Below, piece by piece: positions 10,301 to 19,275 of a DNA stretch of 46,594 nucleotides (within the stretch, counting starts at the first letter, position 1; each line of letters begins with the position of its first letter). Below the pieces are notes generated by a model that worked only from the letters and a program-made list of their open reading frames with translations, had not been told where the DNA came from and did not search any database. This DNA is from an uncultured Bacillota bacterium (GTDB lineage: Bacteria; Bacillota_I; Bacilli_A; RF39; UBA660). A program made the position numbers and the translations under genes. Where the stretch lies: assembly GCA_946611635.1 (NCBI GenBank), contig CAMODW010000005.1, positions 1-46,594 on the forward strand, given 5' to 3'.

Positions 10301-10547
10301 AATCAGGAGATATAGCAACAGCAACACTAGTTAAAAAGTCATCCATTGGAAATAGACATACTTCATCTATGTATGTCTTAATTTGATCATAATAAGTATT
10401 TGCTTCATACAAAGTATTAGTTAAAAGCAAAATATTCTTATCGGTTTCATGAAACTTATTTATAACATAAATAATATTTAGTTCTTTTGTTAACCCAGTT
10501 ACTGTTAAACCATTTTCATATTTAAAGTATTCTTTTAAAAAATTCAT
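7317..10547 (-). CDS. mfd: Transcription-repair coupling factor
   Basis: GEYAVRGFIIDVF, RID domain GDFVVHTQHGIG, DRLLCGDVGFGKTEVA, DEEQRFGV, QIRGRVGRS, TRG motif. Confidence 0.97.
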   Translation of the reverse strand: MNFLKEYFKYENGLTVTGLTKELNIIYVINKFHETDKNILLLTNTLYEANTYYDQIKTYIDEVCLFPMDDFLTSVAVAISPDLKNKRLETLNVINEGKKCIIVTNLMGFLRYLPDKKNNSDLCFKISNQKQISRDDIISILNKYGYNRESLVTTTGEYAVRGFIIDVFLIDEEHPIRIEFFGDEIDSIRYFDENSQLSTQVISEIELKPYIEVIGEKKSSIYDYLNDPLLVIINKDQIDVSYEKLLNDISEYNSSNNSNEKYMYELEDIKYNYVIYLNTINDNNYGKQLKFKSQEVDNFNSDFELLGKYCNKRIIEGKTIIICLNNEKQLKSLSPFLPSYHVVKKNSLIDKEINIVYKKINRGFVFDKYVVIGANDIEKTKNAVINYKNSYKVGKKLKDFSQLNIGDFVVHTQHGIGIYNGVITLSKNGLKKDYLQINYAGNDKVYIPVEKISTILKYSGKEGAAPKLDRLNSTSWIKKKRELRNRIKDISGELIKLYAARSNIKGTPFRDYAEEAVFGSEFIYDETADQLKAIEDINKDLESSVPMDRLLCGDVGFGKTEVAFRAMFKTIVNNKQVFYLCPTTILSKQQYENALERFKNYPIEIALLNRFTSSKETKRILEGLEKGTIDLVFGTHRLLSNDVKFGKLGLLIVDEEQRFGVSHKEKIKQYKNDVNVLTLSATPIPRTLKMALSGLRDLSIIDTPPTNRYPVQTYVIQENDLIIKDAIYKELSRNGQIFILYNKVASIESKMSQIHKLVPEARITYAHGQMSKQELERVMESFVNQEFDILLCTTIIETGIDISNVNTLIIYDADNFGLSQLYQIRGRVGRSNRIAYAYLMYDKSKMLNEIAVKRLQAIKEFTELGSGYRIAMRDLSIRGAGDLLGSEQAGFVDTVGIEMYMQMIDEEMRRMKGEEIPEEEEESTKSLVEVETHISDSYVSDEDIKIEIHKKINEIDGYLKLQEVKSELEDRFGKISEEIEIYMYEEWFEKQALELGIDTVRQSDREIEVELPEKVSNNINGEDFFITAYRINPRFRLKYVSNKVIIALTLLNQKKHFLYYLIPLLEEVKKEIEGKE

Positions 10548-10556
10548 TATATCCCC

Positions 10557-11111
10557 TTACTTCTTAGTATTATAAATGTTCATTGTCCTATCTATACCAT
10601 TCTTAACAAAACAATTAATGATTTTATTATATGTATCTTGTTCTTTTTTTAATAATTCTTTATCTGCTTTAGAAAAATTACCTAAAACATAATCTTTAGT
10701 ATCAATACTTCTATCATGTGATATTCCTATCTTCAACCTAGCAAAATCTTTAGAATTCAATCTATTAATAATAGATTTAATCCCATTATGTCCACCATCA
10801 CTACTATTAGTTTTTAATTTATATGTACCAAACTTCAAATCCAAATCATCATGAACAACTAAAATGTCTGATAAGTCTATGTCATAATAATTAACAAATT
10901 GAACAACTGCATCACCAGACAAATTCATATACGTTAAAGGTTTGACAAATAAAACCTTTTCCCCATTAATTATTTCCTCATAGTATTCAGCATTAAACTT
11001 CTTTTTCCACTTTACGTCACCTAAATAATTATCAAGAACAATAAAACCAACATTATGTCTAGTATCGTTATATGAACTACCTGGATTACCTAATCCAACA
11101 ATTATTTTCAT
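10557..11111 (-). CDS. pth: Peptidyl-tRNA hydrolase
   Basis: IVGLGNPG, TRHNVGF, KPLTYMNLSG, HDDLD, GGHNGIKS. Confidence 0.97.
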   Translation of the reverse strand: MKIIVGLGNPGSSYNDTRHNVGFIVLDNYLGDVKWKKKFNAEYYEEIINGEKVLFVKPLTYMNLSGDAVVQFVNYYDIDLSDILVVHDDLDLKFGTYKLKTNSSDGGHNGIKSIINRLNSKDFARLKIGISHDRSIDTKDYVLGNFSKADKELLKKEQDTYNKIINCFVKNGIDRTMNIYNTKK

Positions 11112-11833
11112 TATTTCACCTCATTGAATATTCCCTTAAAAGATACCATATTAGAAATGTCCATCGGTGGACTGACTTTTAAACTTCCACAATTACCATT
11201 TTTAATAGCTTTTATTAATACCATAATTGCTTCTTTTCTAACATTTGAATAAATAAACTGAATCTTTTTAATTCCAAATCTATATTTATTTAAATAAACA
11301 ATTAATTCTTCTAATCGATCGCACCTATGTACAATATATAATGGTGCTTTATTTTTTAATAAATACCTAGCAGAAATCATAACATCTTCTAGGTTCATCT
11401 CTAATTCATGCCTTGCAATAGCTTTTATTCTATTCTCATTTATTAATGATGAATTATTACTAACCTTAAAATAAGGAGGATTACATGTAACTATATCAAC
11501 ACTTTCTGCCTCGAAATAATTACTTATATTCTTAATATTATCATTAATAATTTCAATTCTATCCTCTAATTTATTTTCTTTAATACTCATTTTAGCCAAA
11601 TCAGCTATAGATTTTTGTAATTCAACACCATATATTTTTTTTTCAGTTTTTGTAGACAGAATTAAAGGTACAGGAGCATTACCTGTACACAAATCAACAA
11701 TATTATTACTCTTTTTATCTATATCAACAAATTCAGCTAATAAAATAGAATCTAACGAAAACTTAAAATTATCTTCATCTTGATAAATAGAAAAGCCATA
11801 ATAATCATATAAATCATTTTTTACTATCGTCAT
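11111..11833 (-). CDS. yabB: tRNA1(Val) A37 N6-methyltransferase (YabB/TrmN6 family)
   Basis: FSLDSILLAEF, DLCTGNA, CNPPYF, IARHE; follows ricT as in Bacillus. Confidence 0.88.
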   Translation of the reverse strand: MTIVKNDLYDYYGFSIYQDEDNFKFSLDSILLAEFVDIDKKSNNIVDLCTGNAPVPLILSTKTEKKIYGVELQKSIADLAKMSIKENKLEDRIEIINDNIKNISNYFEAESVDIVTCNPPYFKVSNNSSLINENRIKAIARHELEMNLEDVMISARYLLKNKAPLYIVHRCDRLEELIVYLNKYRFGIKKIQFIYSNVRKEAIMVLIKAIKNGNCGSLKVSPPMDISNMVSFKGIFNEVK

Positions 11834-12611
11834 TATCTAACACAATCTCTCTAATAACACCATCTACATCAATTTTATACCTTCTTTTTAAAACATCAAC
11901 CGATACAACTTTTCCCATACCATATTCACTTTTAATAGTTTGACCAACAGAAGGCATACCAAATTGACATCTAGTATATTCTTCATCTTCATATGTTAAA
12001 CAACATAATAGTCTTCCACATAATCCATTAATTTTAGATGGATTCAAAGCAATATTTTGATTCTTAGCCATATTCATAGTCACAGAATCAATATGGCTTA
12101 AAAAGGTTGAACAACATAAAGTTCTTCCACATTGACCTATTCCACAAACCATTCTTGCTTTATCTCTAGCTCCTATTTGTCTTAATTCAATCCTAGTTTT
12201 ATAAATACTAGCCAATTTTTTTGCTAATTCTCTAAAATCAACTCTTTCATCAGCAACAAAATTAAATAGCAATTGCTTTTTATCTAAAGTATAAGAAACA
12301 TCTATAATATTCATTTCAATACCTAATTCTTGTACTATTTCTCTTGATTTTTTTAATGCTTTATCTGCCAAAGATAAGTTTTTTAAATACGTATCATAAT
12401 CTTCATCCGAAGCTATTCTTTCAATATTCTTTAAGTCATTAATATCCATTTTTAACTTATTTTCATCTATACGTCTAATAACTTTTCCTAGCTGAATACC
12501 CTTATCAGTATTTACTACTACATATTTACCAGACTCAATTTCCATATCTTTGCCATTAAAATAATAAACTTTTCCCTCTTCTTTTAATACAATACCATAA
12601 ATATTATTCAC
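11814..12611 (-). CDS. ricT: RicT/YaaT (PSP1 domain) regulatory Fe-S subunit
   Basis: RVDFRELAK, RIELRQIGARD, GQCGRTLCC, KINGLCGRLLCCL. Confidence 0.93.
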   Translation of the reverse strand: MNNIYGIVLKEEGKVYYFNGKDMEIESGKYVVVNTDKGIQLGKVIRRIDENKLKMDINDLKNIERIASDEDYDTYLKNLSLADKALKKSREIVQELGIEMNIIDVSYTLDKKQLLFNFVADERVDFRELAKKLASIYKTRIELRQIGARDKARMVCGIGQCGRTLCCSTFLSHIDSVTMNMAKNQNIALNPSKINGLCGRLLCCLTYEDEEYTRCQFGMPSVGQTIKSEYGMGKVVSVDVLKRRYKIDVDGVIREIVLDNDDSKK

Positions 12612-13443
12612 AAATATTCCTCATTTCTAGAACAAATTTATCCAAAATTAACTCTATGTTACCATTACTTTGAATATATTTCAAAATAGTTTCAATTAAA
12701 TCAACAACTATAATAATCTTTTCTAAAGGAAGATCATTAAATAAGTTTATATTATAATTATTATGCTTTCCTTTAATATATAAAGAGAATACCAATATCA
12801 TCTCCTTAAAAAATTCAAGCCATTCTGACCTTTCCTTAAAATAATTAATAGCTTCAACTTTATTATATAAGATTCCCTCATTATTCCTGTATATATTATT
12901 TAAATAATTAGATATTAAATCTCCATATAACATATTATCTACATCAATATCATAATAAAGACTATACTCTTGACACCTGCTTCTAATAGTAGAAATAACA
13001 TTCATCTTATTAGAAGTTATAAAAAATCCCAATATATTATCTTCTGGTTCTTCTAAAAACTTCAATAATGAATTAGCACTAGAAGTATTCATTTTTTCAC
13101 ATTCATTTACTACGTATATATTATATTTAGAAAAAATAGGCATTGATTGAAACCTATCAATTATTTCTTGAATTTGAATCTTTTTTATCTGTGTCCCATC
13201 TGGCTCAATTTTAATAAAACTAGGAAGTGAATTATTATCAATTAATTCACATAAATTACAAGATTTATCATCGCAATCATCTTTATATTCTTTTTCACAA
13301 TTTATTGTTTTGACAAACTTCAAAAGATCAGAATAGCATTTATTAAAATCATTAGTTTCAAGCAAAAAAGCATGAGAGAGTTTATTCTCATGATATCTTT
13401 TTACTAAATCTTTAAAAATACTATTTTCAAACAAAAATATCAC
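12604..13443 (-). CDS. holB: DNA polymerase III delta-prime subunit
   Basis: LSHAFLL, Zn-binding Cys cluster, SANSLLKFLEEP, TIRSRCQ. Confidence 0.9.
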   Translation of the reverse strand: MIFLFENSIFKDLVKRYHENKLSHAFLLETNDFNKCYSDLLKFVKTINCEKEYKDDCDDKSCNLCELIDNNSLPSFIKIEPDGTQIKKIQIQEIIDRFQSMPIFSKYNIYVVNECEKMNTSSANSLLKFLEEPEDNILGFFITSNKMNVISTIRSRCQEYSLYYDIDVDNMLYGDLISNYLNNIYRNNEGILYNKVEAINYFKERSEWLEFFKEMILVFSLYIKGKHNNYNINLFNDLPLEKIIIVVDLIETILKYIQSNGNIELILDKFVLEMRNICE

Positions 13444-13449
13444 CTTCTA

Positions 13450-14052
13450 TTATTTTGATATTTTCTTTCTATCATTTAAAGCTCTATCTAAGGTAATTTC
13501 ATCTAGGAAATCAATCTCTGCTCCCATCGGAATACCATAAGACAATCTAGAAATACTAACATTCATCTTTTCTAATTTCTTTTGCAAGTATAGAGTTGTA
13601 GTATCACCTTCAACAGTTGATTTTAAAGCAATTATTACTTCAGGATTCTTGAGTTTTTCAACTCTTTGTAATAACGAAGCAATATTTATATCTTCCGGAT
13701 TTATATCATCAATTGGAGAGATTAAACCATTTAAAACATGATAAACTCCATCATAATTTCCTGCTTTTTCAAATGCAAAAACACTTTTATAATCCTCTAA
13801 AACACAAATAATATTCTTATTTCGTCCTTCATCGGAACATATAGAACATATTTCACTATCAGTAATATGCCCACAAACAGGGCATTGATGAAGATTATTT
13901 TTAGATTCAATCAAAGCTGCTGCAAAATTATTAACATCTTCATCAGACATACCAAGAACTGAAAGAGAATATCTTTCAGCACTTTTCTCACCAACTCCAG
14001 GGAGTTTTTTATAACAATTAATTAAATTTGACAAACAAGTTGGATAAATCAT
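13450..14052 (-). CDS. recR: Recombination mediator RecR
   Basis: LPGVGEKSAER, C4 zinc finger, YHVLNGLISP, GIPMGAEIDFLDEITL. Confidence 0.96.
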   Translation of the reverse strand: MIYPTCLSNLINCYKKLPGVGEKSAERYSLSVLGMSDEDVNNFAAALIESKNNLHQCPVCGHITDSEICSICSDEGRNKNIICVLEDYKSVFAFEKAGNYDGVYHVLNGLISPIDDINPEDINIASLLQRVEKLKNPEVIIALKSTVEGDTTTLYLQKKLEKMNVSISRLSYGIPMGAEIDFLDEITLDRALNDRKKISK

Positions 14053-14351
14053 TATAATAATCCACCAAATTGACCACCATAAGCTCCAAGTACACTACTA
14101 ATTTCCTCTTCAGCCTTACCTAGTGCATCATTAACAGCTATTACAATCATATCTTGTAAGACTTCTAAATCATCAACAGTAATTGAATCCTTATTTTTTA
14201 TCTCAACACTAACTAGTTTTCTATCACCTGTAACAACTGCTTCAACTAATTCAGAGTTACCAATAAACTTTTTTTTGTCAATTTCTTCCTTCTTTTTTGT
14301 TATTTCCTTTTGCATTTTTTGAGCTTGTTGCATTAAAGCTTGCATATTCAT
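14052..14351 (-). CDS. ebfC: YbaB/EbfC nucleoid-associated protein
   Basis: MNMQALMQQAQKMQ, DDLEVLQDMIVIAVNDAL; dnaX-ebfC-recR synteny. Confidence 0.93.
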   Translation of the reverse strand: MNMQALMQQAQKMQKEITKKKEEIDKKKFIGNSELVEAVVTGDRKLVSVEIKNKDSITVDDLEVLQDMIVIAVNDALGKAEEEISSVLGAYGGQFGGLL

Positions 14352-14368
14352 ATTAAAAACCTTCTTTC

Positions 14369-16039
14369 TTATTCTATTTCATACGAATCAAAAATTTCAC
14401 TAGCAACCTTTTCAATTTCATCGACATCAATATCATTATCACTAGTTTCAATATCAGAACTTAAAACTTTTTCATCGATATATTTATATTTTATTTTATT
14501 TTTTAAATTAATTCTATACTTTTCAACCTCTTTTTTCCATAAATCATCATTAACAGCTGCAAAAAGCATATCTATATCACTAAAACTCTTATAATACTTT
14601 TCAATTTTATCAATTTCCATATTAATTAAATCATTTGTACTTTCATTCTTACTTTGTAACAAAGAATATTTCCCGGAAGCTGCTAAAATATGAGAATCAG
14701 CAAGCAATGATACTAAATTACGATCATTATCCATTAAATAATTCATAAAATCCATCCAACTAGAAGTAACCTTATTTTTTTCATCCTTTGACGCATCAAC
14801 AAAACAATTATTTATTCTTATCGAAACATCAATACTTACTTCTTTAGCAGTTTTAGTTTTATTTCCCAAAGTCTTTGTAGAAGCAACTTTTTTAGAAGCT
14901 TTTTCAGGAATTGACATTTGATTATTTCCCAATTCAACATATTGTTTATTATTTAAATTATTTCCCGGGAAATAATTATTTGCTTCATTATTTGTGGATA
15001 ACTGTGAATTATTTTGTTTTTTAATATATTTTAATAAAGTAATCTCAATTAAGACAAAAGGATTAACATTTATATTTAGCTTTCCCAACAAATCATTCAA
15101 ATCGACAATAATATTATAAATATCATCATAGTTATAATCATATTTAGACATTCCAGTCTTAATATTTATTGCATATTTCCTTAATTCAATTATTAATTTT
15201 TCAATAAATACCGAATAATTTGTTCCCCTTTCTTGAATATCATCTAACAATCTTACTAGTTCATCAATATTTCCCAAAAAAATATTATCTATAATCTCAT
15301 CTATTCTGCTTGTTGATACACTACCAAAATTTGAAGTTACTATATCAGCAGTAATTTCATTATTTCCCGAAGATAATTGATCTAAAATACCAAGAGCATC
15401 TCTCATTCCTCCAGCAGAAATTAAAGCTATTTCATCTAATGCATCATCTGTTATATTAATCTTTTCTTCGTCACATATATACTTTAATCTTCCAACTATA
15501 TTATTTGAAGAAACAGGCTTAAAATCAAACCTTTGACACCTGGAGAGAATTGTAATTGGAACCTTTTGAATCTCTGTAGTAGCCAAAATAAACACTACAT
15601 GACTTGGTGGTTCTTCTAAAGTTAATAACAACGCATTAAATGCGCCTGGAGACAACATATGTACTTCGTCTATTATATAAATTTTATATTTTAAGTTAGT
15701 TGGAACCAGCTTAACATTGTTAATAATCTCTCTTATATCCTCTACACTATTATTTGATGCTGCGTCAAGCTCAATAATATCAGGACTTTCCTTAAAAGAT
15801 AGACAAGATCCACATTCATTACAAGGATTTCCATCTTTATTTTGTTCACAATTTAATGCTTTAGCAAATATTTTTGCCGTACTAGTCTTTCCTGTTCCTC
15901 TTGGCCCTGTAAATATATAAGCATGAGATGTTTTTCCATTAATAATAGCGTTTTTTAGCATATTTATTGTATATTCTTGTCCAACAACACTATCAAAGTT
16001 ATCAGGCCTATATTTTCTATATAATACCTTATATGACAC
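14369..16039 (-). CDS. dnaX: DNA polymerase III gamma/tau subunit (start probably GTG at 16039)
   Basis: LYRKYRP, GPRGTGKTS, IIDEVHMLS, LEEPP, TILSRCQRF; AGGTGA RBS. Confidence 0.96.
   Translation of the reverse strand: MSYKVLYRKYRPDNFDSVVGQEYTINMLKNAIINGKTSHAYIFTGPRGTGKTSTAKIFAKALNCEQNKDGNPCNECGSCLSFKESPDIIELDAASNNSVEDIREIINNVKLVPTNLKYKIYIIDEVHMLSPGAFNALLLTLEEPPSHVVFILATTEIQKVPITILSRCQRFDFKPVSSNNIVGRLKYICDEEKINITDDALDEIALISAGGMRDALGILDQLSSGNNEITADIVTSNFGSVSTSRIDEIIDNIFLGNIDELVRLLDDIQERGTNYSVFIEKLIIELRKYAINIKTGMSKYDYNYDDIYNIIVDLNDLLGKLNINVNPFVLIEITLLKYIKKQNNSQLSTNNEANNYFPGNNLNNKQYVELGNNQMSIPEKASKKVASTKTLGNKTKTAKEVSIDVSIRINNCFVDASKDEKNKVTSSWMDFMNYLMDNDRNLVSLLADSHILAASGKYSLLQSKNESTNDLINMEIDKIEKYYKSFSDIDMLFAAVNDDLWKKEVEKYRINLKNKIKYKYIDEKVLSSDIETSDNDIDVDEIEKVASEIFDSYEIE
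14960..14973. promoter_or_regulatory. Noc-binding site (NBS) inside dnaX
   Basis: Exact ATTTCCCGGGAAAT; the palindrome extends to 22 bp (14956-14977). Confidence 0.85.
14993..15001 (-). promoter_or_regulatory. Perfect DnaA box inside dnaX
   Basis: TGTGGATAA on + (TTATCCACA on -), with an adjacent degenerate box TGTGAATTA at 15003-15011. Confidence 0.6.
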
Positions 16040-16084
16040 AATAATCACCTACCAAGTCATATTATAGCATAAAAAAAGAGGTTT

Positions 16085-16510
16085 TCACCTTTTATTCTTG
16101 AAATATTCTTTTATTATAACCTCATACTTATTAACAAGTTTTAAATATTCTTCATTTTCTAATCTTTTTTTGTTAATAAGTACTAAGTTATTAACAGATT
16201 TATTATTTAAAAAGTAAAAAACTTGATCTATTCTAGCTTCTTTTATGATAGTTGTGCACATATCACAAGGTTCCATATTAACAATCATACTATAACCATT
16301 TAATCGCCAATCATTAATTTTTTTTTCAGCAGCTAAAATAGCATTTATTTCTGCATGGCCAAGAATGTTTGCCTCTTTTTGACGATTATTTGCCGCGGAA
16401 GAGACAATATTGTTATTTTTATCAAAAATAACTGCTCCTATCGGTATTTCGTCATTTTCAAGCGATTCTTGCACTTTTTTATCTAATTCTTCTAATATTT
16501 CAGAATTCAT
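16085..16510 (-). CDS. tadA: tRNA adenosine deaminase TadA (start trimmed to MNSEIL)
   Basis: EIPIGAVI, HAEINA, WRL, EPCDMC; GGAG RBS at 16523-16520. The longer ORF start overlaps the SRP RNA. Confidence 0.88.
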   Translation of the reverse strand: MNSEILEELDKKVQESLENDEIPIGAVIFDKNNNIVSSAANNRQKEANILGHAEINAILAAEKKINDWRLNGYSMIVNMEPCDMCTTIIKEARIDQVFYFLNNKSVNNLVLINKKRLENEEYLKLVNKYEVIIKEYFKNKR

Positions 16511-16532
16511 TATCAACAACTCCAAAAAAAAT

Positions 16533-16603
16533 GTGCACACAGATAGGGATTGATATGGCTGCTACCTTCCGGTCCTGACCAGTTTACAATATTTCTGTTG
16601 CAC
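16533..16603 (-). ncRNA. ffs: Signal recognition particle RNA (small, 4.5S type)
   Basis: Minus strand reads GTGCAACAGAAATATTGTAAACTGGTCAGGACCGGAAGGTAGCAGCCATATCAATCCCTATCTGTGTGCAC: helix-8 motif TCAGG-ACC-GGAA-GGT-AGCAG, terminal pairing GTGCA/TGCAC, followed by a T-run. Confidence 0.93.
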
Positions 16604-16609
16604 GTTAAG

Positions 16610-16638
16610 ATAATATCAAATTATTCTTTTATAGTCAA
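16610..16638 (-). promoter_or_regulatory. Sigma-A promoter of ffs
   Basis: TTGACT (16638-16633), 17 bp, TGnTATTAT (-10 at 16615-16610); predicts a start near G16603. Confidence 0.7.
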
Positions 16639-16649
16639 TTTTTTTTATA

Positions 16650-16665
16650 TGTTCCACGTGGAACA
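16650..16665. promoter_or_regulatory. parS: parS centromere-like site 1
   Basis: Exact TGTTCCACGTGGAACA, matching the parS consensus TGTTNCACGTGNAACA. Confidence 0.93.
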
Positions 16666-16694
16666 TTCACAATTTATTAACAATTAACAAGCAA

Positions 16695-16710
16695 TGTTCC
16701 ACGTGGAACA
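16695..16710. promoter_or_regulatory. parS: parS centromere-like site 2
   Basis: Second exact TGTTCCACGTGGAACA, 45 bp from the first. Confidence 0.93.
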
Positions 16711-16727
16711 TTATCCACCAATCCCAA

Positions 16728-16757
16728 TAAAAATAGGACTTCAATCGAAGTCCTATT
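16728..16757 (-). terminator. gyrA intrinsic terminator
   Basis: AATAGGACTTC-AATC-GAAGTCCTATT 11-bp stem with a T-run on the - strand. Confidence 0.85.
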
Positions 16758-16769
16758 ACTTATCAACAG

Positions 16770-19262
16770 CTAATTATTTTCGCTATTATCAACAATTTCA
16801 TTTTCCTTTTTTTCTTCTGAGTTATCAACAGCTGATTCATTATCTTCATTTTTTTCTTTATCCACAAGACTAACTGTTGCAATCACACTATCATCTTTTA
16901 ATTTCATTAATCTAGTTCCTTGTGTAACCCTTCCAAGTGTAGAAATTTGATCTGTAGACATTCTCATTACCATTCCAGCATCAGTTATCAACACCAAATC
17001 TGTATCAGGACGATAAATTTTGAATGAAGCAATATCACCATTTTTATCACTAATACTCATAGCTTTTACACCTTTGCTACCTCTTTTTGTTTGTCTATAT
17101 TCATTAACAGCTGTTTTCTTTCCATAACCATTTTTGGTTACCATAATTATTTCACTGTCTTCATTTGCAATTTCAGCACCGATACAAGTAGAATCTATCA
17201 ACTCAATTCCTTTAACACCACTAGCAGTTCTACCCATAATACGTACTTCTTTTTCATTAAACTTACACATTCTTCCATTAGAAGATCCTAGAAGCACTAA
17301 ATCATTACCATGAGTCATTTTAACTGCTATCAACTCATCATTTTCCCTTAGTGTTATACATATTTTACCACTTTGTCTAATATTTTTAAACTCCTCAATT
17401 GAAGTTCTTTTAACAATTCCTGATTTTGTTACAAATATCAAATTGTTTTCTTCATTAACACTATCTCTGTTAACTTTAATTATAGAATTAACCATTTCAT
17501 CTTTTTCAATTTGCAATAAATTGATTATTGGCAATCCCTTTGATTGTCTACTATATTCAGGAATTTCATAACCTCTAAGTCTATATACTTTACCTTTATT
17601 AGTAAAGAATAAAACATCATCATGAGTTTGAATATTAATCATTTGTTCAACAAAATCCTCTTCATTTGTAGACATACCTTTTATTCCTACTCCACCCCTA
17701 TTTTGGGCTTTAAATGTATCAGAAGTAGTTCTTTTTATATACCCCTTATTAGTTAATGCTATAATAACATCCTCATTTGGAATCAATGATTCATCTTCAA
17801 TGTAATCAATAGCAGTCATGTCGATATGTGTACGTCTATCATCAGCGAACTTACGTTTGATTTCTAACATTTCTTCCTTAATTATATTCATAATTTTTTC
17901 ATTACTTGCAAGAATTCCTCTCAATTCATCAATTGTTTGATGTAATTGAGCTAAAGTATTTTCCACTTCATCTCTAGCTAAACCAGTCAATCTTCTAAGT
18001 CTCATGTCTAATATAGCTTGAGATTGAATATCATCTAATCCGAATCTTTCCATCAAATTAGCTTTTGCTTCAGCATCATTTTTAGCCGCTCTAATAAGTT
18101 TTATTATTTCATCAATATTATCTAAAGCTATTTTCAATCCCTCGTAAATATGGGCTTGTTTTTCAGCTTCTGCTAAATCATATTGAGTCCTTCTAATAAT
18201 AACCTCTTTTTGATGTTCTACATATTTTATTAAAATATCTTTTAAACCTAATGTTTTAGGAACACCTTGATCTAACATCAATAAAATTATACCATAATTT
18301 GTTTGAAAATCAGTATGTTTATATAACTTATTTAACACTACCTGTGCATTAGCATCCTTTTTTAATGTTATAGTTATTCTTATACCATTTTTCATATCAG
18401 AATGATAATCTGAAATACCTTCAATAACCTTATTATGTACTAAATCAGCAACTTTATTCTTTAAATCTAAAGTATTAACTCCATAAGGTACTTCATCAAT
18501 TACTATATAATTTCTACCATTTTTCTCTTCAATAGTAGCTTTACTTCTAATAGTAATTGAGCCGCGTCCAGTCTCGTAAGCCTTCTTAATACCACTATTT
18601 CCCAAGATTAATGCTCCTGTTGGGAAATCTGGACCAGGTATAATTTTCATCAAATCTTCTAAAGTTATATCTGGGTTGTCGATAACTGCCACACAACCAT
18701 CAATTACTTCTCCTAAATTATGAGGAGGGATATTAGTTGCCATACCAACAGCAATACCCATAGTACCATTTACAAGTATATTAGGAAATCTAGATGGTAA
18801 TACCCTTGGCTCTTTTTCAGTAGCATCAAAGTTATCATCCATATCAACAGTATTTTTTCTTATATCTCTTAATAATTCCAATGAAATTTTAGATAATCTT
18901 GATTCAGTATAACGCATCGCTGCCGCACCATCACCATCAATATTACCAAAATTTCCATGTCCATCAACAAGCATATATCTATATGAGAAATCTTGTGCCA
19001 TTCTAACCATTGCTTCATAAATACTTGAATCTCCATGTGGATGGAATTTACCCATAACATCTCCAACTATTTTAGCTGATTTAACATGTGGTTTATCAGG
19101 AGTAAATGAAGAACTATACATTGACCATAAAATTCTTCTATGAACTGGCTTTAAACCATCTCTCAAATCAGGTAATGCACGAGATGTTATTACACTCATT
19201 GAATAATCTAAGAAAGATTCTCTTATTTCTTCAACTATATTATTATGTTCTACTCTATCCAT
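16770..19262 (-). CDS. gyrA: DNA gyrase subunit A
   Basis: [28 protein letters not shown], GyrA-box QNRGGVG. Confidence 0.98.
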   Translation of the reverse strand: MDRVEHNNIVEEIRESFLDYSMSVITSRALPDLRDGLKPVHRRILWSMYSSSFTPDKPHVKSAKIVGDVMGKFHPHGDSSIYEAMVRMAQDFSYRYMLVDGHGNFGNIDGDGAAAMRYTESRLSKISLELLRDIRKNTVDMDDNFDATEKEPRVLPSRFPNILVNGTMGIAVGMATNIPPHNLGEVIDGCVAVIDNPDITLEDLMKIIPGPDFPTGALILGNSGIKKAYETGRGSITIRSKATIEEKNGRNYIVIDEVPYGVNTLDLKNKVADLVHNKVIEGISDYHSDMKNGIRITITLKKDANAQVVLNKLYKHTDFQTNYGIILLMLDQGVPKTLGLKDILIKYVEHQKEVIIRRTQYDLAEAEKQAHIYEGLKIALDNIDEIIKLIRAAKNDAEAKANLMERFGLDDIQSQAILDMRLRRLTGLARDEVENTLAQLHQTIDELRGILASNEKIMNIIKEEMLEIKRKFADDRRTHIDMTAIDYIEDESLIPNEDVIIALTNKGYIKRTTSDTFKAQNRGGVGIKGMSTNEEDFVEQMINIQTHDDVLFFTNKGKVYRLRGYEIPEYSRQSKGLPIINLLQIEKDEMVNSIIKVNRDSVNEENNLIFVTKSGIVKRTSIEEFKNIRQSGKICITLRENDELIAVKMTHGNDLVLLGSSNGRMCKFNEKEVRIMGRTASGVKGIELIDSTCIGAEIANEDSEIIMVTKNGYGKKTAVNEYRQTKRGSKGVKAMSISDKNGDIASFKIYRPDTDLVLITDAGMVMRMSTDQISTLGRVTQGTRLMKLKDDSVIATVSLVDKEKNEDNESAVDNSEEKKENEIVDNSENN

Positions 19263-19275
19263 ACTCTTACACCCC

